Assembly: GCA_951406725.2 (NCBI GenBank)
Contig: OX597816.1
Span: forward strand, 175,708,001-175,772,000
Length of the DNA stretch: 64,000 nt
Source: Octopus vulgaris
Lineage: Eukaryota
Reading direction: 5' to 3'
The translations under genes and the position numbers were made by a program. Positions within the stretch are counted from its first letter, which is position 1; each line of letters opens with the position of its first letter. Under the pieces are notes generated by a model. The model had not been told where the DNA came from. It saw nothing but the letters and a program-made list of their open reading frames with translations, and made no database searches. Shown here piece by piece: positions 27,664-41,978 of the stretch.

Positions 27664-27781
27664 CATACATATATATATATACATATATATACATATACAT
27701 ATATATACATATACATATATATACATATACATATATATACATATACATATATATACATATACATATATATACATATACATA

Positions 27782-27812
<31 letters not shown>

Positions 27813-27831
27813 GTATATATATATGTATATA

Positions 27832-27883
<52 letters not shown>

Positions 27884-27900
27884 CATATATATATGTATGT
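26332..27900. repeat. ~1.6-kb compound (TA)n/CA-interrupted microsatellite
   Basis: Directly visible. Confidence 0.97.
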
Positions 27901-29202
27901 AGAGAGAGAGAGAAAGAAAGAAAGGTCCAGATTGTTATGCATGTATATACAGTATAATCTCTGTCATTATTAATCCTTAAACCATTTTCTATAAGCATAA
28001 ACACCTATAGGCATATATGTATGCGGATGTGCACAAACAAGAAAGTGTTAGTAGAAAATCAAAAACGCTAGGTATGGTTACTTCACATAACAGTGAAATT
28101 TAATGAATTGCAACAAGCCACAATTTCCAAAATGGATAACAATATTTCAAGTATATTTAAATATACATCAGCATTCAACACTTACATCAAAAGACTTTGA
28201 AAGAATATCTGGATACTTGCATGAGTATTTTGGTGCTCATAGTAAGAAAGAAAATTATTAGCATTATATTTTTTTCTTCTTTGAAGAGAGAAGGTAACAA
28301 GGTTGTGTGATTATCATAACAAAAGAGTTGTAAACAAACTGAAATAGCTACAGCCATGAATTGAAACTGGGTCACAGATTTGCTTGCTGGGAATATGCCT
28401 TTACTCAACCAGGCTCCCTTAACAAAAACAACAATAACAATTTTTAACTTAGCAACAGAGAGGGTACTGTACATAAAAACTACTCCAGCACATCATTGCC
28501 ATTTATTCTATGATGCTTTATGATCATAAACAAAGTTGATCTTGGTAGGATTTAAAGTGTAACTAGTGCAAAGCATTTTCTCCTCTGCAATTTTACACAT
28601 CCATTGTTTAGAGCATGCTCAAAAAACCACAAAAAAAATATCAGTAACAAATATACAGTTAAAGCTACCTTGTAAAATTTCATGTTTTAAAGGAACAACA
28701 TATACTGAATAGACTAGGCAACAAATATTTTAGTAGACCAAATTCATTAGTTTATATATAAATTTCTCTGTTAACCTGCTAGTTCAGCGTTTCTCATATG
28801 AAGGGACAGACCCTACCACAAACCTGTGAAAATTGAAAAAGTTGGGTGGACGAAGCACTATGTTTAATTCTTTCAATCCATGAGTATACTTAATGCGTAT
28901 AATTTCATTTGACTGTGGCCCCAGAAGATGTGAGAGTGGGTGGCCACATAATTTTGTTTTAGAATTCACTAATTGATAGAAACATTATTATTTTTAGATG
29001 TTAACACGAAACTATGTGGCTACCTACTTTTGCACCTGCAGGGAGTGTGGTTGAATGAAATTTTTCTCATTAATGCATATTTGTGTCCACCCATGGTTTC
29101 AGGTTCAGTTGCATTGTGGGACATCTTGAGCAGGTGACTTCTACTGTGGCACAGAGCTAACCAGAGTTTTGTGAGTAGAACAGAAACTGAAGGAAGCCTA
29201 TC

Positions 29203-29243
<41 letters not shown>

Positions 29244-29501
29244 TTACACATATATATGTGTATATGAGTGTGCCAGTTACAGCTTCAAGTGATAGTTGTA
29301 AATAAATGTCACCATTATGCAAACAGTGTCCTTTGTTTCCAATCTTCCACAAAAACATTTGGTTAAGAGGAAATGTTACTTTTCTTGGAAAGAGGTGAGG
29401 ATTAGTGACAGAAAAGGCACCTGACTGTGGAAAATAAGCCTCAAATAATTCTGCCTAATCCATGTGAACACGTAAAAGTAGATATTAAAACAATGATGAT
29501 G

Positions 29502-29570
<69 letters not shown>

Positions 29571-29601
29571 AACACATATATATACATAAACACATATGTA
29601 C

Positions 29602-29997
29602 AGGCGCAGGAGTGGCTGTGTGGTAAGTACTTGCTAACCAACCACATGGTTCCGGGTTCAGCCCACTGCGTGGCATCTTGGGCAAATGTCTTCTGCTATA
29701 GCCCCGGGCCGACCAATGCCTTGTGAGTGGATTTGGTAGACGGAAACTGAAAGAAGCCTGTCGTATATATGTATATATATGTCTGTGTGTGTTTGTGTGT
29801 CTGTGTTTGTCCCCCTAGCATTGCTTGATAACCGATGCTGGTGTGTTTACGTCCCGTCACTTAGCGGTTCGGCAAAGAGACCGATAGAATAAGTACTGGG
29901 CTTACAAAGAATAAGTCCCGGGGTCGATTGGTCGACTAAAGGCGGTGCTCCAGCATGGCCGCAGTCAAATGACTGAAACAAGTAAAAGAGAAAAGAG
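29602..29997 (+). mobile_element. tRNA-derived CORE-like SINE, full length
   Basis: Same family as 7675-8063, opposite orientation. Confidence 0.88.
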
Positions 29998-30289
29998 AAA
30001 ATATACACAAAAATAAAAACATACATACACATCGTCATTTTACTGTTTACTTCTCAGTGCTAACATGAGGTAGACTGAATTTGTTGAAGCAGATTTTCTA
30101 CAACCAGATGCCCTTCCTCTTAACAATCCTCACCTTGCAAGTTAACTTTTCCCCATGGCATGACATGTTTTCAGAGATCACTAGAAATGAAGGATACCAC
30201 TTGCATACTGGTGACATTCATTTACAACTATCACATAATGTCAAGGAAAGGAGTCAGTAAAATATACACATGCACATATATATATATTA

Positions 30290-31100
30290 TTAACCAGACT
30301 AACAGATGTTGTTACACATCCCTGATCACAATGCACTTCCGATTCTTCCTTGATTGTGCTATCCTTTTCTCTCTTGGCCTTAACTGTTTCAGTAAACTAT
30401 CTCCCCATGGTCATGGAGGCCTTCTACCATTTAGCAACTCCACAGTCCTGTTAAACTTGTGATGTGTCCAGCCAAGTGGAAATTATGCTTTTGGTATTCT
30501 GTAATCATGTTCACTCTGCTCCATTCTCAAATTATCTATTTTCATAGATGATCTTGCATTGATATTCTAAGTATGGATCTTTCCATGAGCTTTTGCATCA
30601 CAACATATTTTCTTCTCTCTCTCTCTGTAGTAGCTTACATCTCACACCTGTACAAAAGTGCTGGTTGAATGGTCTGACAGGTAAGGTCTTGTCCAGCTTT
30701 GCTTTCATTCAGGTAATTGCCTTCCATCCTGCTATTATTCACAGCATCCATGTCTTGGTGTATATTCATTGCGCCTTAAGTAGACTCCATTGCCTCTTTG
30801 ATTTCTTTGCTTTCTACCTTTATTTTGCTTTATGCTACATTTCTGGACAGCAGGTATTTTATTTTCATGTAGTTCATTTTAAGGCCTACAGTTAAGCTAT
30901 GACTGTCTTGTTCTGTCAGCATGGCCTGCAGCTGATCTATGGTTTTGGTGATGTCATCTGCTATCAGAGATGTGTTAGTAGCTGGCATTTGATGTTCATG
31001 TCACCTGTCAAGGCAATGGCTCTGATGGCCAAATCTAGACGTGCAATGATTAATTTTGGAAAGATGGTATCTCCTTGTTTGATGCCATTCCCAAATGGAA
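30290..31100 (-). mobile_element. Old decayed non-LTR (RTE-like) RT fragment
   Basis: Minus strand reads GIKQGDTIFPKL near 31050-31090 (QG..SP motif) and W.GH near 30465-30475. Confidence 0.55.
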
Positions 31101-32435
31101 TACTTACATACACACACGATAAGCTTTCTTCAGTTTCTGTCTATCAAATGCATGCTCGCTTTCCAACCACGCAGCTTTGTATTCAGTCTCATTGTGTGAC
31201 ACCTGGACAAGTGTCTTCTACTATAACCCTGAGCTGACCAATACCTTGTCAGAAACTTGGCATACAGAAACTATGTGGAAGCCTGTTGTGTGTGTGTGTG
31301 TGTTTGTCTGTGAGTCTTTGTGTTTGGTTTGCAAAAGACCACTAACTGAATAGGTACCAGACTTCAAAAAAAAAATCCCCCCAAAAAACAAAAAAAAAAA
31401 ACAAGGATAGATTGGTTTAACAAAAGCCATTCAAGGCAGTGATCCAGTATGGTTGCAGTCCGGTGACTAAAACAAGTAAAAAGATAAAAGACATACATAA
31501 ATGTGTGTGTGTAAGTATATATATATATGATTTTGATTTTTTGATTTTTCCAGTTTCAGCTAATGAGCTGTGGCCATGCTGGGGCACCGCCATTTATATA
31601 TATATATATTATATAGAGGGTACTATCATTCATAGGTACCGCACGCTAGGAGGGACTTTTGCAGTCAAAACTACTAAAATAAACAAATTGTACCGAATGC
31701 AAAACTTCAAAGCTAGTCATTTAAAAACAGAATTTAGTTACATATCACCTGTGATTTCGCAATCAAGTTGAAAAAATTTACAGATTTTTTCTCTTACGAG
31801 GTTTTTCATACTAACTACTGATAATTTCTTATAAAGATTTTATCCTTATTTTTAAATTTATATATATATATATATATATATAAAGGTATATACATACAAA
31901 TATTTGTGTATGTGTGTGTGTACATATACACCACATAATGTGTTAATGATAGCACTGGGTTCACTCTCAGTCTTGTTTCAGATAGGATTCGTCACTATCC
32001 TTTAGTGGCCCAATTATACATATATATATGTGTGTGTGTGTTTGTTTGTGTGTATATATATGTATATATATATATACATTTATATATATACACACATTTA
32101 TAGATGCATATATAAACATATATACATATATATGAAAACAAAGACTTGAAAATTTAAAATATCTTTAATTCCATGCTAGATGTGTTTCATTACAGGATTG
32201 GAGTTACAAGGTAATATACATGTAGAGAACAAGTATAAGATCTTCTATCCATAATCTATTCACTAAAGATTTTAAAAGAATACAAATTTACGCTAGGTAA
32301 AGCTGCAATTCACAATCTAATGATTAATCAGGAGTATATTGAGAGTTAGAAGGATAAAAAGGATAGAGAAACGGAAAAATAATAAAAAAGGAGAGAGAGA
32401 GAATATATGTAAATATGAACACATAAACTAACTGT

Positions 32436-32530
32436 ATCCATCTGAAGATAGGACTTTGTGCCTGAAACATATGGCGGCTTTCCAACTTCTCACTTTGTAT
32501 TGTTAGAGGCTTTCTTTTTCATTTATTATT
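32436..32530 (+). repeat. Solo pLTR fragment with an inactivated hammerhead, same family as 9393-9480
   Basis: CTGAAGA-TAGG...CCT-GAAA-CATATG-GC (cleavage triplet mutated); downstream ttccaacttc...ttgttaga matches 9440-9470. Confidence 0.6.
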
Positions 32531-32715
32531 CCAAGACAGTGACTGGAACTTGAATGAAGTTGCATAGACTACTAACTAACCAGATGAATTTAACTGATGC
32601 AAATGCAATTGCGAGATGTCTACGCAGCAGAAATGTGCAGACACATTTTAATAAAATATGCTGATGTATTAGTAACCTCCATACTCTTGTCTTTACACAC
32701 ACACACACACATATA

Positions 32716-33980
32716 CACAAGAGGAAGTCAAAAGTTATCTGCACCTTTGCCAAAATTCTCAGTAGGTTGACCACACTACCTTCAGCACTCGCATGCTAAA
32801 AGGTAATACACTTGTGGTAGCATAACTAATCCTTCCAGTTATCTTTCTTGAGTTAGAGTGTAAACATGGTTGCTCCACTGGTTGTGTGAACCAAGGAAGA
32901 ACAGAGATCAGTGATCTAATTTCTTTGGTGTGAAGATGTGTCACTGTGGACTTTCAGTGCAATACAGAGGCAGAGCTCTCTAACATATAGAAGTGTGTAT
33001 GAGTGAATCAAGAAATTTTAAAATAGGCAGACAAGGGTTAAACACAAAAAGGGAGCTGAATGCCTATCAACCTCAACCACTGATGTGAAGATTCAACAAG
33101 TTCGAAAGATAGTTCTGGCAAACCAATGAATGACCATTGATAAGGTGATATATTCTCTGCAAATTAGTCATCCACAACAAGCTTTGCTTCCATAAAGTCT
33201 GTGCAAGATGGGTGCTAAGAGAGCTCGCTGAAGCTCATAAGCACAATTGTGTGATCTGTCAACACTTACCTGACCACTGCAATGATAAAAACAAAGCTTC
33301 TTTGAAGAGAATAGTCACAGAAAACAAGACCTGGGCCTACCACTTTGAGCCAAAATCCAAAAGACAGAGTAAGGTGTGGAAACACCTGAAATCACCAGCA
33401 AAAAGGAAATTCAAGATTCTGCAGAAAAAGTGATACTAATAATTTTTTGTGATACAAAAGGGCCTATACTGGAACATAACCTGGAAAAGGAGTCTACAGT
33501 CACCACAGTGTAGGCTACAATGAAATGCTGGCCAACAAACTGAAACCAGCAGCTCGAAACAAATGTTGATGTCTATTGTCTAAATGTTGCTGTTGGGCAA
33601 CAATGCATCCTGATCCGTCACCACTATATATGGCTACCCTCACTATTGAGACCATTGAAAAATCGGGTTTCAGGTTGTAAGAAAACCCTGCACACAGCCC
33701 AGATCTTGCCCATTCTGATTATCACTCTTTGAACTGCTCAAACACCCTTTATGAGATTGTTAATTTGCCATTGACAAAGAAGTGCAGAAAGTGGTGCATA
33801 AATGGCTGCACAACCAGCTGCAAACCTTCTCTAATGGAATAAGGAAGCTTGTGGGCCATTGGAAGAAGTGCCCTGAAGAGCAAGGAGACTATGTCAGAAA
33901 ATGATATAACTGTTCAACCTCTACTTTTGTTGTAATAAATTACAGAAACAAGAATGTATATAACTTAACTTACCCTTGTG
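32716..33980 (+). mobile_element. Near full-length decayed mariner element
   Basis: WVLREL, IVTENKTWAYHFEPKSKRQS and HSPDLAHSDY motifs; degenerate TIRs cacaagaggaagtcaaaagttat / ataacttaacttacccttgtg; TA at the left end. Confidence 0.85.
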
Positions 33981-34014
33981 GTGTGTGTGTGTGTGTGTGT
34001 TTGTGTGTACACAC

Positions 34015-34056
<42 letters not shown>

Positions 34057-34157
34057 TAAGAAAAAAGAAAAAGGAGGTGGTCAGAATAAAAACTATTTTG
34101 GGCTTTCATCTCTTTTAAGGATTTATCATGAAAAATTTCTCATAGAAAATTCATGCC

Positions 34158-34192
<35 letters not shown>

Positions 34193-34799
34193 TAGTTGAA
34201 AAAAAAAATCTGGAGTTGAATTTGTTTTCTTGGGTTTTGGAAAGTAGATGTTTTAGGAGTGGTTATTTGAGATGTTCTTTGTCATTTTCAGTCTATGTAT
34301 GTGAATATATGTGTGTGTATGTATGTATTGTAGTTTTTAAAAAGAAAGAAAGGAAGAAGGAAAGGGGTGTTTTTTCTGAGATGGTTGAAATTGATGACAG
34401 GTTATGATTTTTATCAATTACAATAAATTTCTCAATTGCAAATGACAAAAAAAAAAGCTCTTTCACCTGTCATCAATCTTCCTTTTCTTTTTTCCTCCCT
34501 ACCTTTGTTAAAAAAACTCACAATACACAAATGGATTCCAAATGATAAAGAACATCTGATAACTGCTCCCAAATACACCCTTTCCAAAACCCTAGGAAAC
34601 AATTCAACTACAGATTTCTTTTCAACTTACTCACATACAAAAGGTATGAATTCTTTACAAGTCATTCATGATGAATCCATAAAACCTATGAAACCACAAA
34701 ATAGTTCTTATCCAAATCCTGACAACCTCCTTCTGCTTAATATATAAAATATGTACATTGTTACAAACAATCTATGCATATTTATATACACACACACAC

Positions 34800-35430
34800 A
34801 TATATAAAGAGAGAAACGTACTATGATAGAATTTATTTTACCATTGAATAGTCATATTTAAAAACAATTGTTTTGCAACTTGATAAATATGTATAAATAA
34901 TAAGATATGGAAGACAATAAGAATAAAATGAATAGAATTAATAAGACAGTTTTTTTATAGAAGGGAAAGGAAATTTAGTAAGATATTAGAAAGTAAATAC
35001 TAGATAAATTTTGTATAAGAAAAGATTAAATATAAAAGAATGGATAGGAAAATCATATAGTTAACATTAATAAACAAGAAAATAATAATAGTAGAGATAG
35101 AAAAAAATATATTCTATTAATTTTTATTCTCATTGTCTTCCCTATCTTAATGTTTTAAAAAATTGACTTTCTGCATTTTGAAATACTATGTTGAGATATA
35201 ATTTTAAGCATAGAATTCTTTTAACCTGACAAGCAAGCTTAATATCAGCATCAATCTAAAAATTGTATATATATTAATACAGGCATGTAAATAATTTATT
35301 ATCTATTACAATTACCAATAAAATAAATTATTTATACATATTTATTAAGCTGCAAAACAATTGTTGTTAAATATGAATATCCAATGGTGAAATAATTTTT
35401 ATCACAGTGTATTTCTCTCTTTATATATAA
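34800..35430. repeat. AT-rich imperfect inverted repeat
   Basis: ~34800-34900 pairs with ~35328-35428, and ~34900-34940 pairs with ~35110-35150. Confidence 0.7.
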
Positions 35431-35501
35431 TTTTATACACTCCTTATATTTTTCTTTTGTATTGTACTAAATATTCTATGTGTTTTGTAGAATGATACAT
35501 T

Positions 35502-36020
35502 AACGTGCAACCAAAAGAATACCCTCTATCAGGCATTTGCCATATTCTGAACACCTTACTTCCCTGGGCATGAACACATTGAAAATCCGACGTCTGGCAG
35601 CTGACTTGGCAGACACCCATAAAATTATTAACCATCTTACTAACAATAAGTCTGAGCACCTTTTCAAACTCCACCCATCTAACACCCGTGGGCATATTTA
35701 CAAAGTCAGAAAACAGCACAGCTCCCATGACTTTAGGAAATATTTTTTCACGCTGAGAGTTGCTGAAGCATGGAACAGACTGCCGGCATCGGTTGTTAGT
35801 TGTCGGAGCACTGCATCCTTCAAAATTTCCATGCTTTCTGAGATTCGCCAACACTACACCTGATTTTCTCCCCTCCATACACACACAAGCATGTATCTGA
35901 CTCATACATTGTTCGCTTTCCAGATATTTTTACATTACTGCATATGCTTTATACGCACTTTCTGATAAGTTGTGGTGCACCTGAGCACTGTATACAATAA
36001 TTTCATTATATTATATTATT
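35502..36020 (+). mobile_element. CR1-type LINE 3' end
   Basis: RATKRIPSIRHLPYSEHL...LKIRR...TRGHIYK...RKYFFTLRVAEAWNRLPASVV, ending in an ATT-rich tail. Confidence 0.9.
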
Positions 36021-36843
36021 TTTGTGAGTACCAATGGATTATTTGAATCCATGGGCCAAGTAAAAGAATAAGTGTGTGTGTGTGCGTGTTAGAAAGGCAA
36101 TGAGAATCACTTAATACAGTTTTGAAGTGTAAAAGTGATTTTTTTTGAAAAATTATTTTTTAAAGAAATGTTATGAAATCTTTTATCAGGATGTTATTAA
36201 ACCTTTTTGGGGAAGAAGTTATTTTTCTAGTGTGTGAGCACTTGCATTTCAACTTTTCAAACACATGTACTCTTAAAAAGGAAGTTGTTATTTTTGTGAT
36301 AGTGGTAGTATTAATTATTTCTGGTTTATTTCTGGACTTTGGACTTGGTTTTAGTCATAAATATTCTTTATTAATGTCTATTATATGGAGTGTTGACTAT
36401 TTTCAGTTTAATTTCCTGTTGAAAAATTGGATTAAATACTGCAACATTAAATAAATGTAACATAAGCTCTAATCCACTGTCTTTCAACCTTATAATTTAC
36501 AGACTAAGGAAAATAACTTTTATTATTTCTTTCTGATTACTTTGTTCTCCTGTTTCTCAATTTTCACTTCCTTTTTGCCTTTTCTCACTTTCTCTCTAAT
36601 CCTATTTATTGTTCATTATGCTATGGGGGTAGTTTCTGAAGATTGTGCTGTAACATCAAATATGCTATAAAACAATATTTGGCATCTTCTCAGTATAGGA
36701 AACTAATAGCAGCATATAAAAACATGTATTGTGTTTATTAAATAATATTCACCTCTTACCAGATGGAGTACTTTTTTTTTTGTAGATCTTACCATCATAG
36801 AACAGTACACTATGTATGTATGTATGTATGTATGTATGTATGT

Positions 36844-37348
36844 CATTATTCAGTTTATTTCAAGATTTCTTGCCAATAGAAAAAGAACCGGTTTCTAACC
36901 CAGATCCAAAGCTCCTTCATTGGAATTTCAACATCAACAACAGGGTATTTTTGTATGTGTGTATGTATGTGCAGATTTGTATGTTTTACCTATGTATTCT
37001 CATGCATATAGTTGCATATCTAGACATATTTATATATATTTAAATGATAAACTTCTAGAAAGTTTCACAGATTTTTACAGTTCCAGTGATGGATTGGATC
37101 TGTTGACATCGAATTAGCTTTCTCCTTTCTGGTTTTGAGAAGCCTAATTTCTCAAGATTGGTACTTAGGCACTGTGTTACATATCCCAGGGCCCAAATAA
37201 TTACAGGTTTAAACCTGAACTTGTAATCTGGATAGAGTAACTGCAGATTTCTCAATAGTTCAGCATAAGTGTTCCCTTTTTCACTGATCTTCAGCTTTAT
37301 GTTAACATCTGCTGTGTACAGTTTCTCTTCTCTATCCCAAATCATTTT
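36844..37348 (-). mobile_element. 3' end of an RLE-type LINE flanked by (CATA)n on both sides
   Basis: ORF IWDREEK...KISEKGNTYAELLRNLQLLYPDYKFRFKPVIIWALGYV...GTVKICETF; (TATG)n at 36811-36843 and 37349-37360. Confidence 0.75.
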
Positions 37349-37360
37349 ATGTATGTATGT

Positions 37361-39560
37361 CTTATCTCCTTTCTTGCTAACAACTTTAGTCTCAGCTAAG
37401 TTAACTTCAAGTCCCTTTGATTCCAGGTTTTACTTCCAAACAAGGAACTTCTCCAATTCTGCAATAAGAGCAAAATCATCAGCATATAGTAGTCCCCATG
37501 GGCATCCAGTTTCAAATTCATCTGTTTTGCCTGGAGAACTATGATGAATAAGAGTGGACTAAGAACTGATCCCTGGTGTACTCCAACCTGTATGTTAAAT
37601 TCATCACTATATTTAAGGCCAACTCTCAACTTACTGACAGCATCCCTGTACATGGCTTGAACAGCTCTCACAAGCCACTCCTCTATGCCTAGCTTCCTCA
37701 GAGAGAACCAAATAAGAGAGGGGGGAACCCTGTCAAAAGCTTTTTCCAGGTTGACAAAGGCTAAGTACAATGGCTTACTTTGGGTCAAATACTTTTCTTG
37801 CAACTGTCTCACTATGTAGTACTCCTCCCAGGAACAAAACCACACTGCATCTCATCTATCTTAATTCTATCCATAATTAGCTGAGATATAACTCTCTCTG
37901 TAATTTTCATGATCTGATCCAGCAGTTTGATACTTCTGTAGTTGTTTCTATCTAAAACAATCTTTACCCTTGTAGCAGCTGACTATAACACTGCTACACC
38001 AGTCTTTGAGGATGACACCTTCCTGAATAACCTGATTAACTATGCAAGTGACTAGGCTGTATCCCACACTACCTGATATTTTAATCATCTCAGTAGTGAT
38101 ACCTGAAGGTCCAGGGACTTTCCTAGTCTTCATTTTCTTAATTGCCTTATCTATTATGCTGCTGTCAACTCTGGAGGTTGGTCCCTCAATTGGTTCAATA
38201 TTTGAAAGACTCTCCTTCTCCCAATCATTCTTCACATTTAGCAACCTTTCATAATGGCATCTCCATGCATCTTTCTTCTCTGTGTCACTAAGCACAAACA
38301 TACCATTATCCATTTGCACACATTTCTCACCCACCACATCTCTATTCTCTCTGATACACTGCTTTGTAATCATGACCACCTCAGACCTCTGATCCTCATG
38401 CTGTATAACATTGGCAAACTTCTTACCTTCTGCTATGTAATCCTGTTGCATAGCCTCCCTTCTAGCTCCCTGATATAATGTTTTGCTTCCACCATTTTCC
38501 CAGTCTTCCCTGGCCTGTCTCTGCTTTTATAGCACTGTCCACCTCCTTGTTCTACTACCAAGTCACTCTTGGCCTGGCTGGGACTTTGCACCAACCACAG
38601 ATTTGGTCAGCAGCACACAGTAAATCGTCCCACAGGAACTTCCAGTTGTCCTCTAAGCTATATGTTCCTTCCTCCTCCTCCCTATTATTAGAGGCCTCCA
38701 GTAGAATCTCTCTAAATTTTTGTTGGTTTTCTGGGTCTTTAAGCTTCCATAGTCTCCTTTTCTAGTATGGTTTGTCTTTGAAGTCTTTCTTGCCCTAACT
38801 CTAAAGTCACTAACTAGAACCCTATGTTGGGGTATATACTCTTCAGCTGGGAAGGACTTTGCATTTGTGGGCATCTGCTTGTCTCCTTGCCTGGTGAGGA
38901 GGTAATCAACCTGGCTTATATTCTCACCAGACTGATAAGTAATTAAGTGGCTAGCTGGCTTTCTAAAGTTAGTGTTGCAAATCATAAGATTGTTTGCATC
39001 ACAAAACTCAAGTAGCCTTGTACCTTCTTCATTCCTGGTGCCAAAGCCACAACCACCATGCACACTAGGGAATCCATGGGAATGCTACCCAACATGTCCA
39101 TTAAAGTCGTCGGCCACAATAACAAAGTCTCTGTCATTTGTCACTGAGGTTGTCTGCAAAAGACTTCGTAGAATTGGTCCTTCAGATCATCAGCCAACCC
39201 AGCCAGTGGAGCATAGGCAGAGATAAATGTAATTGTTAATCTATCTATGATAAGTCAAACTTAATAAGCCTATCACACACTCTGACCACCTCAATTGCCT
39301 TATCTACCCACTTTTCTGCTAAGAGTATACCTACATCACCCATTCCATCACTCCTGCCTACCCAGGAGAATTTAAACCTCTGTTTCTTACCAGTGAGGAA
39401 TCTAGCAGCGGCCCCTTTCCATCTCACTTGCACACCACACACATTGATATGACGATGCTCCATCATTTCAACAACCTCAACAGATCTTTCCCTTCATTGT
39501 ACCAACATTGATGTTTGCAGCCCTAAAATTATATACTTGGGAGGGACAACAGGAAGGTAG
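37361..39560 (-). mobile_element. RTE LINE, APE endonuclease plus RT, frameshifted and 3'-truncated
   Basis: EVRWKG-like, VADDFNGHVG, RNEEGTRLLEFC, QVDYLL, QHRVLV, KVPGPSGIT.E, NLEKAFDRVP and GVHQGSVLSPLLF motifs across ORFs 37396-39466. Confidence 0.92.
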
Positions 39561-41043
39561 TTGCTGAGGGGCTTTTGTTTGTGTTTGAAAAGATCTGAGT
39601 AAATATTTGTTAGTTAGTGTAGAGTACGTCGTGAATTTCATCCAATGAAGTATAATTTTTCACCCCCTCCCATACAGTATGCAGATTAAGGGATGGGTAA
39701 AGAGATAGGGGTAAGAAGGGCATGAAGTAGCCTTATATACCTATATATATATATAAGTAAAAATATATAAATATGAAATTACATGTGGAAAAAATATATA
39801 TGTAATTATATACGTAATATATTAATACCTATATTCATATGCAAATGTACCTACGTTCAAATACAGTTCAATAAAACATGATAATAAATAATTGTGAATT
39901 ATTAAAAAATGTATTTATTATACATACTTATTTTGGTAAGAAACCTGACACCCCTAAATATATTTTGTATTGATCAAGCAAGTCAAAGGAATTCTATTGG
40001 TCATTTATTTTAAAAATAAATAGCATTTCTATTCCTTTGGAAAATCCAGTAACAGTAAAGTAAATAAATAAATATGTTATGTGTACAATAAGAGAACAAA
40101 GAGATGATCTCTTCTATCAAAGAAAAAATTTAATAAGTTTGTATTTAGGGGATAAAACACTTAGGTTTATAAAAAAAAGAAAAACAGTAGTCAAGGGGAG
40201 GTAAATGTGAATAGTTATTTTAGCTTAGCAATATATAAAGAAAATATATATAAAAAATGATTATAAATAATGTATTTTTAAAAATATATATTTACAGGTT
40301 TGGAAAAATAAATATATCTATATATATATTGGGTTAATAAATAAAAATAGTTAGGTAAAAAATAGTATGGTAAGGTAATAAGATGTGGGGGGGGGGGGAG
40401 GCATATATATTAATAGTATATCTAAGGAGAGGGAGAGATGTGTGTGTGTACAGGTAGCATTAATTAAGAATGGGAGATGCAAATGGGTATTAACTTACTG
40501 AAATTAGTAATTACTACTTTTAAAAAATTGGGTAAAAATTGTATTAGAAGAAAAAATAAGAAAAATATAGAGGTAGAAAGGAAGATGTAATGTTTCTATC
40601 AAGTGCTTCTATCAAGTATATCAAGTGCTTTTCCCTTGTAAATTGATAGAGAGGGTATTTTTAGAAAATAAATATAATGCTATAGCTATAATATCAAAGT
40701 ATAGAATTATCAATATAATATACTATATGCACTCTGTTAATATGTAGTTTAATTTTTCGACTATGTAGTAAATAAAAGTGATAGCAGGGGTTATGGGTTA
40801 ATGTGTGTACAACTATGGTGGTGAGAGAGGTAATTGGACTATTATTAGATACTTACTTATATTTGGAAAATATATATTTTCCCATGTATAAACAAGAATT
40901 CTTTCATCTCAAAGGTTAACTAAGAGTTATTTAGCCAACAGAATAAAAAAAAAATTATCATTTAAACAAAGAAAACACTTTTTATTATTAACTTTAAAAG
41001 AAGGTGCTGAAGCTATTATATGCCATTTAATGGTATATCTTTT

Positions 41044-41135
41044 TTCTGCCTCTGATGAGATTCTGCTTTATAAAATTATTTAATTATCGCAATTACAATC
41101 TTTAAGGGATAAACTGAAACAGCTGTAAGAGATTA
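41044..41135 (+). ncRNA. Degenerate hammerhead-like motif at the end of an AT-rich Penelope-like remnant
   Basis: CTGATGA at 41052 and GAAAC-AGCT-GTA at 41116-41127 (palindromic helix III); helices I and II are imperfect. Confidence 0.45.
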
Positions 41136-41740
41136 TGTTCATTTTTGCAGTTAATAAATATACTTATTAATTGGTGTATCTTCATTTTCTTATTTTTCTT
41201 GAATAAATATAGTTCTTGGGTTATCTAATTACCTATTATTTATGAGTAATATAATTACTATTCACAACAAATATTAGGTAATGAACCAGTAATTCATTGG
41301 ATATTACTGTCCCTTAATGAAGCTTATTTAACCTGAAACTGAATACACACACACACACACACATACCTTGCCACAGCATGTATTCAATTCCATGAAGTAC
41401 AATTTCCTCACTTCCATATAGCATCCAGATTAAGACCCAGCAGAGAGAGGGGTAAGAATGGCATGAAAGTAGTCATATATATCCATTTATAGATACCCAG
41501 AATTAACCTTATATGCTAATACAGACATAAATCATATGTCTACATATACAAACACTACACAGCATGTTATGAATCTCACATATTCATATATACAAACATA
41601 CACACACTTATACACATACACTCATACATCAACACTCACACCTACTCTTATATGTTTTCTAAATGTATATGCCTTGTAACTCCTATTATGTGATAAAACA
41701 CATCTAACATGGAATTAAAAATATACCAAATCATCCAGTC

Positions 41741-41773
<33 letters not shown>

Positions 41774-41924
41774 CACCATTTACCCTGCAAATACAATACC
41801 CCAGAGTTTTCAAATGTTATGTATGCCTCATTTAAAATAAAATATCTAAATAAATAAATTTGATGTGTGATGTGTAGACACGCTTCACAAAAACACAGCT
41901 TAGACTACAACCCCTACTTTGCAC

Positions 41925-41977
<53 letters not shown>

Positions 41978-41978
<1 letters not shown>

